A stretch of DNA of 64,000 nucleotides from assembly GCA_943354605.1 (NCBI GenBank), contig CALRCK010000002.1, positions 71,186 to 135,185 on the forward strand. The letters are read 5' to 3'. The position numbers were made by a program, and so were the translations under genes. The notes beneath the pieces were generated by a model, which saw only the letters and a list, made by a program, of their open reading frames with translations, was not told the DNA's origin and ran no database searches. Numbering within the stretch: position 1 is the stretch's first letter; each line of letters starts with the position of its first letter. This DNA is from Candidatus Uhrbacteria bacterium (GTDB lineage: Bacteria > Patescibacteriota > Patescibacteriia > UBA9934). Of this stretch, positions 29,025 to 38,877 are shown piece by piece.

Positions 29025-29246
29025 ATGATGAGCAAAGGCGATTGTTCCGTACACAAGGTCGCGAGTGTGTTGGTATGGGTTGGTGCTTTAAACTGGGGAC
29101 TTTGGGGCTTCTTCCAGTGGAATCTTGTGCACTCGCTCCTTGGCAGCGTAGCAGGAGGATCGTTGGAAAATGTGGTATACATGCTCGTCGGTCTTTCCGC
29201 AGTGGCCATGCTCTTCTGTGGCAAGTGCAAAATGTGTAAGATGTAA
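29025..29246 (+). CDS. DUF378 family small membrane protein
   Basis: LVWVGALNWGLWG..NLV; VYMLVGLSA. Confidence 0.9.
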   Translation: MMSKGDCSVHKVASVLVWVGALNWGLWGFFQWNLVHSLLGSVAGGSLENVVYMLVGLSAVAMLFCGKCKMCKM

Positions 29247-29334
29247 CAGTCCTGTGTCGGTCGATTCAACTCAAAACACGGCCCGAAAGAGCTGTGTTTT
29301 GTTTTTGCGAACCTGAACTGAACCTTTGAGGAGC

Positions 29335-29706
29335 CGTGACGAAACAAGAAAAGAATGCCGAGCGACATCATCGGCGAACTCGGGGGTACTCGATTTTAAA
29401 CGGGGCACTTTCTTAACGCAACTCATTTGCATTAAGAAAACGCTGGTCGATTTTGCCGATCCGCGTAGTCGGCGATAACAACGTTTACAATCGGCGATCA
29501 CGCATTTTCGGAATCGATTTCATCATTTCTCAATTTTAGGCTCAGGCCACATTCTGTCGCGCAGTTGTAAAACACCGAAATTCGAAAGTGCCGTTTTCTT
29601 TCGCAGTACCCCATACCCCAAGGCCCAGTCATCCCGTCTCTGTTCATTCAAAAGATCACCTCAGATCCCAATCTTTCCCACTCTCAAAGATTCAGCTCAG
29701 GTTCAG
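29335..29706 (+). repeat. ~380-bp non-coding repeat, copy B
   Basis: Reverse-complement similarity to 18243-18632. Confidence 0.75.
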
Positions 29707-29707
29707 G

Positions 29708-30217
29708 TCATTTCACAATCAGCACCCCTTCCATTCCCAACTTTCGGTGCGCACCAATGTCGCAGTAATACGGGTAGCTTCCTGGTGCTGTTGGCGCGGT
29801 GAATACAACAACCGTGCCGGTGGTAATTGTTTTCTTCAAACCGATTTCGTCGATGACGAACGTATGTGTTCCCTCATTGTCCGTAAAAGAAATCGATACC
29901 TTTTGGCCAGGACTCGCCGTAATTGTTGCCGGGTCGAAAAAGAAGTTCCCCGATGTCATCGCGATAGCCAAAGGCTCCGGCTCGGCGGCGGGAGGCACAA
30001 CGATTTCCGTTGTTACTGCAGAAGTAGTAGTGGTGGTTGTCGTTGCTGTGTCTGAAACGGACTTTGACGACGAAGCTGGTATGGTCGTTAAAGATTCCGA
30101 TGTCGCTGCCGGCGTTGTGGCGGCTGGAGCTGTCGATGTTGGCGCAACGGTCGCCGACGATCCGCACCCTGCGCCAAGAAGCAAAAGGATACTCATCGCA
30201 AAAGCAAAACGTTTCAT
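29708..30217 (-). CDS. Cupredoxin (plastocyanin/azurin-like) lipoprotein
   Basis: LLGAGC lipobox; HTF...YYCDIGAHRKLGM type-1 copper ligands. Confidence 0.88.
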   Translation of the reverse strand: MKRFAFAMSILLLLGAGCGSSATVAPTSTAPAATTPAATSESLTTIPASSSKSVSDTATTTTTTTSAVTTEIVVPPAAEPEPLAIAMTSGNFFFDPATITASPGQKVSISFTDNEGTHTFVIDEIGLKKTITTGTVVVFTAPTAPGSYPYYCDIGAHRKLGMEGVLIVK

Positions 30218-30224
30218 AGAAAAA

Positions 30225-31628
30225 TTATCCGCCGTGGATCGTTAATGAAAGCGTACCACCGCCACCAACCACGTACGCCACACGATCTCGTGCCTTCAAA
30301 AATCCGTGACGAATCAGGAACGCATGTGATCGGGGAACAAATGTTCCGGCGTCAAGCGGCAGCACGAATGGGACGACTCCAGCATACAGCACAATGCGTC
30401 GCGCCTGGGCAGCATCCTCGCATCCAACAAGGATTGGAACGTGTGGCCGATATCGAGGAAGTGCTAATGCAACGTCAGGAAGCGCCACGGTACTCACGAT
30501 CGCATCAATCAGCGCTCGCGACGCCATAACAGCAACATTGTGCGCAAAGGCGTGCACCGGACTATCAACGTCGTCAATCGGCATCTCCACCAAATCAAAC
30601 CGAGATTGCTCCGCTTCGTCAATCACCGACGCCATTGCCTGCACCGTTGCCGCAGGATACCGGCCAGACGCGGATTCTGCGGAAAGCATCACCGCATCCG
30701 TATGATCAAGCACCGCGTTGGCGACGTCGGACACCTCAGCGCGAGTCGCACGAGGATTGCGAGCCATGGAATCAAGCATGTGCGTTGCAATAATGATCGG
30801 CTTCCCCGCTCGCCTACACTTTTCAATAACCTCCTTCTGCACAATCGGCACTTCTTCCATCGGAATCTCCAGTCCAAGATCACCCCTACCGAGCATGATC
30901 CCATCAACAACCTCAAGAATCTCATCAAACCGCTCCACCGCAAGCGCGGTTTCAATCTTTGCCATAATCCATGGCACCGGAACCCCGTTCGCTCGAGCGG
31001 TGGCGATTGCAACACGCCGAACATGCTCGACAACTTCTGGTTTTGCAATAAACGACAACACCAACCAATCCACGCCGTGCGCGACGCCAAACAACAGATC
31101 CGCGTGATCCTTTTCTGTAAATGGATCCACGCTCACTTTCGTATCCGGAAGATTCATCCCCTTTCGCGACTTCAACAATCCGCCGTGAACAACCTTCGTA
31201 TGGATAACCCTTCCCTTCACGCTCGTCACCACAACCTCCAAAAAACCGTCATCAAGGAGAATTCGATCCCCCGCCTTCACGTCGCGATGAAGATTTTTAT
31301 ACGTCACCGGCAATGCGCCGTTTACCTCGTACGTCTCAATCGCGGTTGAAAAACTCACCGATTGCCCCTGATGCAGTTCCACACCAGTATCAGGCAACGC
31401 ACCAACGCGAATCTTCGGCCCCTGTAAATCTTGCAAAATCGTAATATGCTTCCCGGTTTTCTTTGCGCTCGATCGAATATTTCGTAACAACACCTCGTGC
31501 TCCGGATGCGTGCCGTGGGAAAAATTCAGCCGCGCCACATCCATACCAGACCGCATCATGCGGGTTAATACCGACGGCGCCGACGACGCCGGGCCAATGG
31601 TACAAACAATTCGTGTTCTGCGCGGCAT
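30225..31628 (-). CDS. pyk: Pyruvate kinase
   Basis: TRIVCTIGPAS, RLNFSHG, DLQGPKIR, GRGDLGLE, DAVMLSAESA. Confidence 0.96.
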   Translation of the reverse strand: MPRRTRIVCTIGPASSAPSVLTRMMRSGMDVARLNFSHGTHPEHEVLLRNIRSSAKKTGKHITILQDLQGPKIRVGALPDTGVELHQGQSVSFSTAIETYEVNGALPVTYKNLHRDVKAGDRILLDDGFLEVVVTSVKGRVIHTKVVHGGLLKSRKGMNLPDTKVSVDPFTEKDHADLLFGVAHGVDWLVLSFIAKPEVVEHVRRVAIATARANGVPVPWIMAKIETALAVERFDEILEVVDGIMLGRGDLGLEIPMEEVPIVQKEVIEKCRRAGKPIIIATHMLDSMARNPRATRAEVSDVANAVLDHTDAVMLSAESASGRYPAATVQAMASVIDEAEQSRFDLVEMPIDDVDSPVHAFAHNVAVMASRALIDAIVSTVALPDVALALPRYRPHVPILVGCEDAAQARRIVLYAGVVPFVLPLDAGTFVPRSHAFLIRHGFLKARDRVAYVVGGGGTLSLTIHGG

Positions 31629-31660
31629 ACAGGAGAAAGTATAACACCTGCAGCCCCATA

Positions 31661-31687
31661 CTGGATCCCCGCCTGCGCGGGGATGAC
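31661..31687. repeat. Short REP-like hairpin CTGGATCCCCGCCTRCGCGGGGATGAC
   Basis: Also at 36191-36228 and 52664-52690. Confidence 0.75.
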
Positions 31688-31695
31688 TCAAAGAG

Positions 31696-32154
31696 TCACT
31701 TTCCCGACAGATTTTTCAGCTCCTTTTCAAACATCTCCAATCCTTCAAAGGAACGATACACCGAGGCAAACCGAATGTAGGCAACTTTGTCGAATCCCTT
31801 CAGTTGTTGCATCACGATCTCTCCAATCTGTGCCGACGTAATCTCTCCCCCGCGAACCTTCTGAATCTCGCGTTCAATGTTATGCACTAACGAATGAAAT
31901 TGGTTTTGTGTGTACGGACGCTTCTCGAGCGACTTCTTCAGTCCGGATTCCAACTTCTCTCGCAAATATGGCTCGCGACGGCCGTTCCGCTTTATCACCG
32001 CACAGTCCATGAGCTCAACTTCCTCCTGCGTACTAAAACGAAACGCACATCGCGTTTTTTCACACTCCCGTCGCCTGCGCACCGCCATGCCGTCCTGCGA
32101 AAGGCGGGAGTCGATGACTTTTGTGGATTTATAGTCGCAGACGGGACACCTCAT
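31696..32154 (-). CDS. nrdR: Transcriptional repressor NrdR
   Basis: MRCPVC..TKVIDSR..RRRREC; ATP cone; DKVAYIRFASVYR. Confidence 0.97.
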   Translation of the reverse strand: MRCPVCDYKSTKVIDSRLSQDGMAVRRRRECEKTRCAFRFSTQEEVELMDCAVIKRNGRREPYLREKLESGLKKSLEKRPYTQNQFHSLVHNIEREIQKVRGGEITSAQIGEIVMQQLKGFDKVAYIRFASVYRSFEGLEMFEKELKNLSGK

Positions 32155-32164
32155 ATGCCACAGA

Positions 32165-32261
32165 GTCACCCTGAGCGTAGCGACTTGTGCCCCGAAGGGG
32201 TAAGGGTCTCTCGCAGGTTATCAGTTTCCCTGCGGGGATGTTTCGCTTCGTTCAACATGAC
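32165..32261. repeat. GTCA..CTGAGCG REP-like doublet, copy 3 (degenerate)
   Basis: gtcaccctgagcgtagcga ... ttcgcttcgttcaacatgac; shares ctcgcaggttatc with the other copies. Confidence 0.6.
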
Positions 32262-32287
32262 TGATTGAAAATCGTATCTCAGACCAA

Positions 32288-33640
32288 TTACATCATCTTT
32301 CTTCGGATAAACGCTGGAATCCCAAAGTCATCATCTTCACTCTTTTGCGGTGGCTGCTGGATTGGCGCTGGCGCTTGCTGTTGCGGAGGCTGATTGGAAA
32401 CGGGCTGCTGGCGGAATCGCGGTTCGGACGGGATAACATCATTCATCATTGATGCACGCGGCATTGGTTCTTGATACATCTCGCGCTCTTGCGGCACCAA
32501 GCGCTCCATCTGCGGCTGAGCAGGCGGCGCCGAAGGGACCTTTCGCGACTCGAACGGTGTTTCGTACGGCGATGCAACACGCGATGTTCCGCGGAAGTCG
32601 TCCCGACGCGCAGCTGGCGTTGGTTGCCACGTGGAGCGCGGCGCAATTTCCACATCTCCAGCCAAGCTTGGTGCGCGGCGCATCTCACGATTATCAAATC
32701 CGGTTGCAACAACAGTGATACGCACTTCGTCACCCATCGTTTCATCGATGTTCGCACCAAAAATCACACGAGCATCGTCGTCGGCAGATCCAGTAATAAC
32801 CTTCGCGGCTTCCGCAACCTCGTACATGGCGAGGTCTGGACCACCAGTAACCGTAAACAAAATGCCCTTTGCGCCGTCGATCGAAATCTCGAGCAACGGG
32901 CTTGCGATCGCCTGCTTCGCCGCATCCACCGCACGATTTTCGCCCGACGCCTTTCCGATACCCATGAGCGCACTTCCGGCATTCGCCATAATCGCCTTCA
33001 CGTCGGCGAAGTCCACGTTAATCAACCCTGGAAGCGTAATAATCTCGGCGATTCCTTGCACACCCTGGCGCAACACATCATCAACAATCTTGAACGCGTC
33101 GAGCAGCGACGTCTTCTTATCGATAATCTGCAACACGCGATCGTTCGGAATGGCGATAATGGTGTCCACGTGCTGAAGCAATTCCTGGTATGCGTCTTCT
33201 GCAATCCGCTTCCGCTGTGCGCCTTCAAAGCTAAACGGCTTCGTGACGACGGCAATGGTGAGCGCACCAACTTCGCGAGCGATCTTCGCGATTTCGGGAA
33301 TCGCACCGCTTCCTGTGCCGCCACCCAAACCACACGTCAAAAAAATCATGTCCGCACCAGCAATGACATTGCGCAAATCGTTCGCATTCTCTTCTGCAGA
33401 TCGCCGACCCATCTCTGGGTTCATTCCCGCACCAAGCCCTCGCGTCACCGTCTTTCCGATAGGAATCTTCGTTACCGCCAAGTTTGCGTGCAGTGCCTGA
33501 GCATCGGTGTTCACCGCAATAAAATCCACACCTCGCAGGTTTGCCAAGATCATCCGGGTAATTGCCGCGCCGCCTCCGCCACCGACACCAATGACCTTAA
33601 TTTTCGCGCAAGTTTCGATGTCCGGTTTGATTTCCGCCAT
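32288..33640 (-). CDS. ftsZ: Cell division protein FtsZ
   Basis: GLGGGTGSG, INVDFADV, C-terminal IPAFIRRK. Confidence 0.98.
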   Translation of the reverse strand: MAEIKPDIETCAKIKVIGVGGGGGAAITRMILANLRGVDFIAVNTDAQALHANLAVTKIPIGKTVTRGLGAGMNPEMGRRSAEENANDLRNVIAGADMIFLTCGLGGGTGSGAIPEIAKIAREVGALTIAVVTKPFSFEGAQRKRIAEDAYQELLQHVDTIIAIPNDRVLQIIDKKTSLLDAFKIVDDVLRQGVQGIAEIITLPGLINVDFADVKAIMANAGSALMGIGKASGENRAVDAAKQAIASPLLEISIDGAKGILFTVTGGPDLAMYEVAEAAKVITGSADDDARVIFGANIDETMGDEVRITVVATGFDNREMRRAPSLAGDVEIAPRSTWQPTPAARRDDFRGTSRVASPYETPFESRKVPSAPPAQPQMERLVPQEREMYQEPMPRASMMNDVIPSEPRFRQQPVSNQPPQQQAPAPIQQPPQKSEDDDFGIPAFIRRKMM

Positions 33641-33924
33641 AGTGAACAACCAAATGGTTCAAGGATAGGGAGCCCTGAACACTGAATGTGATCACCGTAT
33701 AGTATAGCGTGTTCAAGGGTCAACGAATACTGGGGATGAAATGGGGACAGGATAGGGCTAAACTAAGTTTGAGACTAACTAAGTTAGTAGCAAACTTAGT
33801 TAGTGGCAGACTTTCAAAAGCATCCGCCCCGCAAACTCTTTCGAGCCGCGGGGCGGGCGTTGGCCGGTCGCTGCGTACGACCGGCCTGGCGTGGGTTGTG
33901 GAACCTACCGAACGGAGACCGAGA

Positions 33925-34686
33925 TCAGGCGGTGGTAGCGAGCCAGATGGCGAAGTCCAGGAACGCCTGGTTGTCGCCGCACTGCGAGCGGTAGATCGCA
34001 GCCTGCCCCGCGAAGACCGGGGCGACGACCTGACGGGCGCCCTGGACGTCCATAATGCGGCGCCAGCCGCCCTGTTCGCCAGCGATGCGAAATGCCTCCT
34101 CCACGAAGCGGTGAATCTTCACGGCCGCGACGTCGTCCACGCTGCCGGCGGCGAAGACCACCGCCTTCTCCACGAGCCATATCATGATCTCCGTTGCGTG
34201 GCGACGCTCGGCGATGGACTGAGCCTCGCCGTCCTTGCGCTCGGCGAACATCGCCTCGATTTCGGGGATGAGGCTATCCTCCCCCACGATTCGGAGGTAG
34301 ACACGCCAGGGCCGGATCTGCTGCTCGGCCCAGGCGCGGTAGTCCGCCTCCTCCTTGCGCTTCGTGCCGGCAGCGATCTGGTCCGCGAGCTCGGCGGCGG
34401 CACGCTCACGGGCAGCGCTGCGATCGGCACGGTTCGGAGCACCCTTACGCCACCAGCCGAAGACGGAGAAGGCGAGGGAGCCGCCGCCGATGAACGCGAC
34501 AGCAGCGATGAGGAGGCTCACGATGCGCGGGCCCGCCTCGGGCGTCCACAGCTTGAGCACGTGGGTGTCCACGAGACGCGCGTAGTCCGGGTCGGACACG
34601 GCCGCGAGGCTGCCGATGAGCACGAGGCTCGGGATGAAGAACGCGGGGTGGATGACGATGCGGTAGAGAAACCGGAGCAGGAACAT
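33925..34686 (-). CDS. High-GC hypothetical membrane protein inserted between ftsA and ftsZ
   Basis: Two N-terminal TM helices; GC-rich codons; followed by a TACGCAG-loop hairpin (33862-33886). Confidence 0.7.
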   Translation of the reverse strand: MFLLRFLYRIVIHPAFFIPSLVLIGSLAAVSDPDYARLVDTHVLKLWTPEAGPRIVSLLIAAVAFIGGGSLAFSVFGWWRKGAPNRADRSAARERAAAELADQIAAGTKRKEEADYRAWAEQQIRPWRVYLRIVGEDSLIPEIEAMFAERKDGEAQSIAERRHATEIMIWLVEKAVVFAAGSVDDVAAVKIHRFVEEAFRIAGEQGGWRRIMDVQGARQVVAPVFAGQAAIYRSQCGDNQAFLDFAIWLATTA

Positions 34687-34875
34687 GGCGGAAGCCTTCT
34701 TGTTGGGGGAACGAGGGAGGTTGAATGCCGGATTCGGCTTGGATATTCAATCAAAAAAATGAGAATTTGGCAAGCAAAAGCCAAGAAATAGCACTTGAAA
34801 AGGTTTTAGGGTGTAGGTTTTAGTCCAATCCATCTGCCACGAATCACTAACACCTATAACCTAAAATCTCCAAAC

Positions 34876-36135
34876 TCACGGAACCAACGACTTCATCCAT
34901 TTTCGGAGCTGGTCGGCAACCTTGTCTACGGATTTAAATTTCAGAAGCGATCCCAAAGAGAACTTCCCCTTCCCAACCCCGCGAATCGCGTTTCCCCACA
35001 CCGCCAAGCCAATCGCGGTCGCGAATGCTGGGTCGTGAACTTCGTCGATAACGCTCGAAACGCTCGTTGGAATTCCAAGAGAGCATGGCAAGCGGAGAAT
35101 ACGCTTCGCAACCTCCACAACCCCCTCGAGCTTCACCGATCCTCCGGTGAGGACTGCGCCAACCGGAAGCATGCCGGAGCGGTCGATCTTCCGCAGTTCG
35201 TTGTCGGCGGCCTCGAAAATCTCTTCCAAACGAGCCTCGATGATTTCGGCAATAAAGCGCTGCTTCACCATTTCCTCGCCCTCGATACCGAAGTCGGCGA
35301 GCGCAAATTGTGCCTTGCGATCGACACGGTCTGGCAATGCCTGGCCGTATTGCATCTTTACTTGCTCCGCGACATCGATGGATGTGCGCAAACCAATCGC
35401 GATGTCGTTCGTAATATGATCCCCGCCAAACGGAAGCACCGCCGTGTGAAGTAAATCCCCTTCCTCGAACACCGCCAATGTGGTGGACGACGCACCGACG
35501 TTCAGCACGCACACACCAAGTTCTTTCTGCCGCTGTGTGAGCACAGCCTCCGCAGTTGCCAGTGGCGTATACACCAAATCGTCAATATCAAGACCGGTGC
35601 GATACACGCTCTTGGTGAGATTTTTAATATGCGATGCAAGGGCCTCGATGATGAGCGCATCCACCTCCAAACGAATACCGTTCATGCCCACCGGATCTTT
35701 CACTCCGCGCTGACCGTCCACCGTAAAACTCTTTGGAATAACATGAAGAATGTCGTAATTCGTTGGCGTTGCCACCGATCGCGCAGCCTCCATGGCGCGC
35801 TCCACATCTTCCTCCCGCATCTCGGCATCGGTTCGCGACACGCCAATCACTCCTCTGCTCTCCTGCACCAAAATGCTCTGGCCAGCAATGCCAACCCAGG
35901 CACTATTAATCGCCACACCGGTCATGCGCTCTGCTTTTTCGAGTGCTTTCGAGATTGACGAGACAGCATCTTCGAGGCTCGAGATTGCGCCCCGATGCAC
36001 GCCAAACGACGGCGACGATACCGCGCCAATCACATGAAGGCGGGGTTTCCCGTCTTCGCCAGGCATCATCTGAAGAACCGCCACCCGAATGGTAGACGAT
36101 CCAATATCAAGACCAGTGAGGATTTCATCCGCCAT
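34876..36135 (-). CDS. ftsA: Cell division protein FtsA
   Basis: GLDIGSS, DPVGMNGIRLEV, GGDHITNDIA, VLTGGS. Confidence 0.97.
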   Translation of the reverse strand: MADEILTGLDIGSSTIRVAVLQMMPGEDGKPRLHVIGAVSSPSFGVHRGAISSLEDAVSSISKALEKAERMTGVAINSAWVGIAGQSILVQESRGVIGVSRTDAEMREEDVERAMEAARSVATPTNYDILHVIPKSFTVDGQRGVKDPVGMNGIRLEVDALIIEALASHIKNLTKSVYRTGLDIDDLVYTPLATAEAVLTQRQKELGVCVLNVGASSTTLAVFEEGDLLHTAVLPFGGDHITNDIAIGLRTSIDVAEQVKMQYGQALPDRVDRKAQFALADFGIEGEEMVKQRFIAEIIEARLEEIFEAADNELRKIDRSGMLPVGAVLTGGSVKLEGVVEVAKRILRLPCSLGIPTSVSSVIDEVHDPAFATAIGLAVWGNAIRGVGKGKFSLGSLLKFKSVDKVADQLRKWMKSLVP

Positions 36136-36190
36136 AACTCGAACAGAATTATAACATAGGAGAATCGAGCCTCGGGTCATCTACGCACCT

Positions 36191-36228
36191 CCCTCAGTCA
36201 TCCCCGCCTGCGCGGGGATGACTGAGGG
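36191..36228. repeat. Short REP-like hairpin
   Basis: ccctcagtcatccccgcctgcgcggggatgactgaggg. Confidence 0.7.
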
Positions 36229-36264
36229 AAAAAGGGGATGACTGAAAAATGACAAAAAGAAATT

Positions 36265-36654
36265 TTACCAAAGTTTCCAGAGCGCCGAGAGGGTTGGTTC
36301 GAGATGTGGCCAGAAAATGAGGTAGCCGACGAATACTGACGCGATAGCGGTCAGGAGCACGGCGCCCGCCATCATGTCTTTAATTTCCTTCACCATCGGG
36401 CTCACCCGAGGCTCCACCGCATCGGCCAAGCGCTCAAAAATACTGTTGATAATTTCCAGCACCAACACAGCCCCTACCATCAACGTCAACGTTACCCGTT
36501 CCCAAATCTGTAACGTCGGCATCACAATCATCAACCCGAAAACAATCGCCGCTGCGAGCATTTGCAGACGAAAACTCTGTTCTTCCTCCGCGGTGCGGAC
36601 AATACCACGAACCGCGTGCGTAAAACTCTTCCAAAATCCTTTGAGAGAAATCAT
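36265..36654 (-). CDS. dgkA: Diacylglycerol/undecaprenol kinase family protein
   Basis: EIINSIFERLAD, KEIKDMMAGAVL; follows ybeY. Confidence 0.88.
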   Translation of the reverse strand: MISLKGFWKSFTHAVRGIVRTAEEEQSFRLQMLAAAIVFGLMIVMPTLQIWERVTLTLMVGAVLVLEIINSIFERLADAVEPRVSPMVKEIKDMMAGAVLLTAIASVFVGYLIFWPHLEPTLSALWKLW

Positions 36655-37073
36655 AAGACGGTTCCAACGAGTGAATCTTGTAACGGAAACATAATTGCCG
36701 CGTCCTCCGCCTTCTCGTGATCATGACCAAGAACGTGCAGAATGCCGTGAACAATCAGGTCAACGAGTTCAAGTTCGATGTCTCCTTCTTCCGCCTGGCG
36801 CATCGCTTGATCGAACGAAATCACCACGTCGCCGAGCGTGCCGGTCTGGTCCGCGAAATCGGAGGCGAACGACAGCACGTCGGTCACTGCGTCTTTCTGT
36901 CGATACACGCGATTCAATCTTCGGATCTCTCTGTCGTCCACATACGAAACACCAATCGTGCCCTGAACCGTTGGCAAATGCTCGCCAAAAACCTCAATAA
37001 TCCGATGGTACGTGCCTTCGGGCAATCGCGACGCTTCTGGCACAATGTCGTCTACAACATCAAGGGTAATCAT
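36651..37073 (-). CDS. ybeY: rRNA maturation RNase YbeY
   Basis: TDVLSF, HGILHVLGHDH. Confidence 0.96.
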   Translation of the reverse strand: MITLDVVDDIVPEASRLPEGTYHRIIEVFGEHLPTVQGTIGVSYVDDREIRRLNRVYRQKDAVTDVLSFASDFADQTGTLGDVVISFDQAMRQAEEGDIELELVDLIVHGILHVLGHDHEKAEDAAIMFPLQDSLVGTVL

Positions 37074-38041
37074 GGGGTAATGTGAAAGCTGTTCACCATC
37101 ATGGCGAATGTTTGGATGTATGAAATTTCCGTGGAAGCATTCAGACTATACGTCATGGTGTACACCGCCGTTCCAAGATCGAGGTATGCAACAAGATCGT
37201 CTTTACTCCGCAATGTGTAATAGCCTTCTTTGGTATACGACGCCTTCAGGGTGGTAATGTCTGCACCTTTCACATTCTTGAGCACCCAGTCTTCCACGGT
37301 CAGATCTTTTTCCTTTGCACTCCATGTTACTGTCACGGAAGCCAAATTCGGCGTTTTAAACGTAACGACACTTTTTGCTGCATCAATAGACGACTGCCAG
37401 CTGGTTGGGTAATACACGGTAAATGGCAGTGTGGTATCCGAAAACACCTTTACCGCGCCAGTATCGAGCAACGTGCTTGGTGCAAGACCATTCGGGTCAT
37501 ACCGATGAAACACCTCATTGCCATCCAAGAACGTGTCGCCGTCGGAATCCGGATTGCGATAATCGGTTCCATACATCCGTTCCTCAATATCGGTGAGCCC
37601 ATCGCTATCGCTATCCTTCGACTGCGTTGGAGCTGTTGGCGTGGTGGTGGTTGGTTTTGTCGTGGTGGTCGTTGTTGGCGTTGTTGTTGCGGGGAGTGTC
37701 GTGGTGGGTTTTGTGGTGACCACTGTTTGTGCTGGCGTTTTAGTGAGCGTCACATACGCAACAGCTCCAGCACCAAGAAGGACAACAAGGACGAGCACAA
37801 CCCAGAGCGCAATAGGGACACGACGCTTTGGCGGAAGCGGAGTGAGCGGTGGTTTTGGGGCCACTGGCGCAACAATAACCGGAGAAGGAGCAACAGGAGG
37901 AGCGGCCTCAACACGCAATTTCGCTTCCTTCCCTAAAAAATCCTTCGGCATGACGTGAATCACCACGCCCAAATCTTCCGGCTTTGTTTCTGGAGCCTCC
38001 GGAACAACTTGCGCGGTTTTTTTTCCTCCGAAAAGACTCAT
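37070..38041 (-). CDS. Single-TM surface protein with DxDxDG Ca-binding (TSP3-like) repeats
   Basis: DSDSDGLTDIEE..YGTD..PDSDGD. Confidence 0.8.
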   Translation of the reverse strand: MSLFGGKKTAQVVPEAPETKPEDLGVVIHVMPKDFLGKEAKLRVEAAPPVAPSPVIVAPVAPKPPLTPLPPKRRVPIALWVVLVLVVLLGAGAVAYVTLTKTPAQTVVTTKPTTTLPATTTPTTTTTTKPTTTTPTAPTQSKDSDSDGLTDIEERMYGTDYRNPDSDGDTFLDGNEVFHRYDPNGLAPSTLLDTGAVKVFSDTTLPFTVYYPTSWQSSIDAAKSVVTFKTPNLASVTVTWSAKEKDLTVEDWVLKNVKGADITTLKASYTKEGYYTLRSKDDLVAYLDLGTAVYTMTYSLNASTEISYIQTFAMMVNSFHITP

Positions 38042-38047
38042 AGACTT

Positions 38048-38743
38048 TTAGCTCCCCTGAGGAACGGTAAACAATTTTCCAGGACCATTCGGATTATATC
38101 CGCCGGAAACCTCTTGTCCGTCTAAATATCCGTCGCCATCCGTATCTGTCTTTCGCGGATCGGTTCCGTACACTTCAACTTCCTCCCGATCCCCAAGCCC
38201 ATCGCCATCGGTATCTGCCTTCGTCACAGATGTGCCAACCTCGAGTTCACGCGCATTTGTTAAACCATCGCCGTCGCTATCAAGAAGCGACGCAGGATTG
38301 GTCGTTTGAACTGGCGCCTGTGTTGTTGGTTCTTCTGGAGCGGTTGTTGCGGCTGGGGCTGTTGTGTTTGACGGTGTTTTTGTTGTGGTCGACGAATCCG
38401 TTGCAACACCAGTGTCTGGAACCGCGTCAACAACACTCCCGTCCGCCGCTGGCTGAACCATGATGCGATATGCGAAAAAACCAGACACACCAAAGATGAC
38501 CAAAATACCTACAACAATAAGAACCATCTTCATACCTCCCCCGCCGCCTCGAGATTCTGGCATCGGCTCCATAGTCGGTGCCGCGCCATACGATGGCGGC
38601 AACCGCGTTGGTGGCGGTGCGATTGGTGGCGGAGCCTGAATCGGCTGTGGTTCTGCTGGCGACGCCATCGGAGCGGGCGCTGGAGCAGCAGCCGGAGCCT
38701 TATCTGTTCCCTCGAATATGTCTTTTGGTTCTTCGTCAAACAT
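38048..38743 (-). CDS. Single-TM surface protein with TSP3-like repeats
   Basis: Three DxDGDG repeats; start MFDEEPK abuts palindrome copy 7. Confidence 0.8.
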   Translation of the reverse strand: MFDEEPKDIFEGTDKAPAAAPAPAPMASPAEPQPIQAPPPIAPPPTRLPPSYGAAPTMEPMPESRGGGGGMKMVLIVVGILVIFGVSGFFAYRIMVQPAADGSVVDAVPDTGVATDSSTTTKTPSNTTAPAATTAPEEPTTQAPVQTTNPASLLDSDGDGLTNARELEVGTSVTKADTDGDGLGDREEVEVYGTDPRKTDTDGDGYLDGQEVSGGYNPNGPGKLFTVPQGS

Positions 38744-38870
38744 ACGTGGCTGATTTATTTTGCCCATTTTCACCTCACTCGTCGAAAACTTCCTCACCGT
38801 ACCAATGAAGTACGCCTCGGAAGATTTTCTCCTCCTTCGGCGAAACTGGTCTAAAATAGATCAGCCACGT
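38744..38870 (-). repeat. ~125-bp palindromic element, copy 7
   Basis: Arms acgtggctgatttatttt / aaaatagatcagccacgt; core ctcaccgtac-caatgaa-gtacgcctc. Confidence 0.88.
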
Positions 38871-38877
38871 TTTCATA

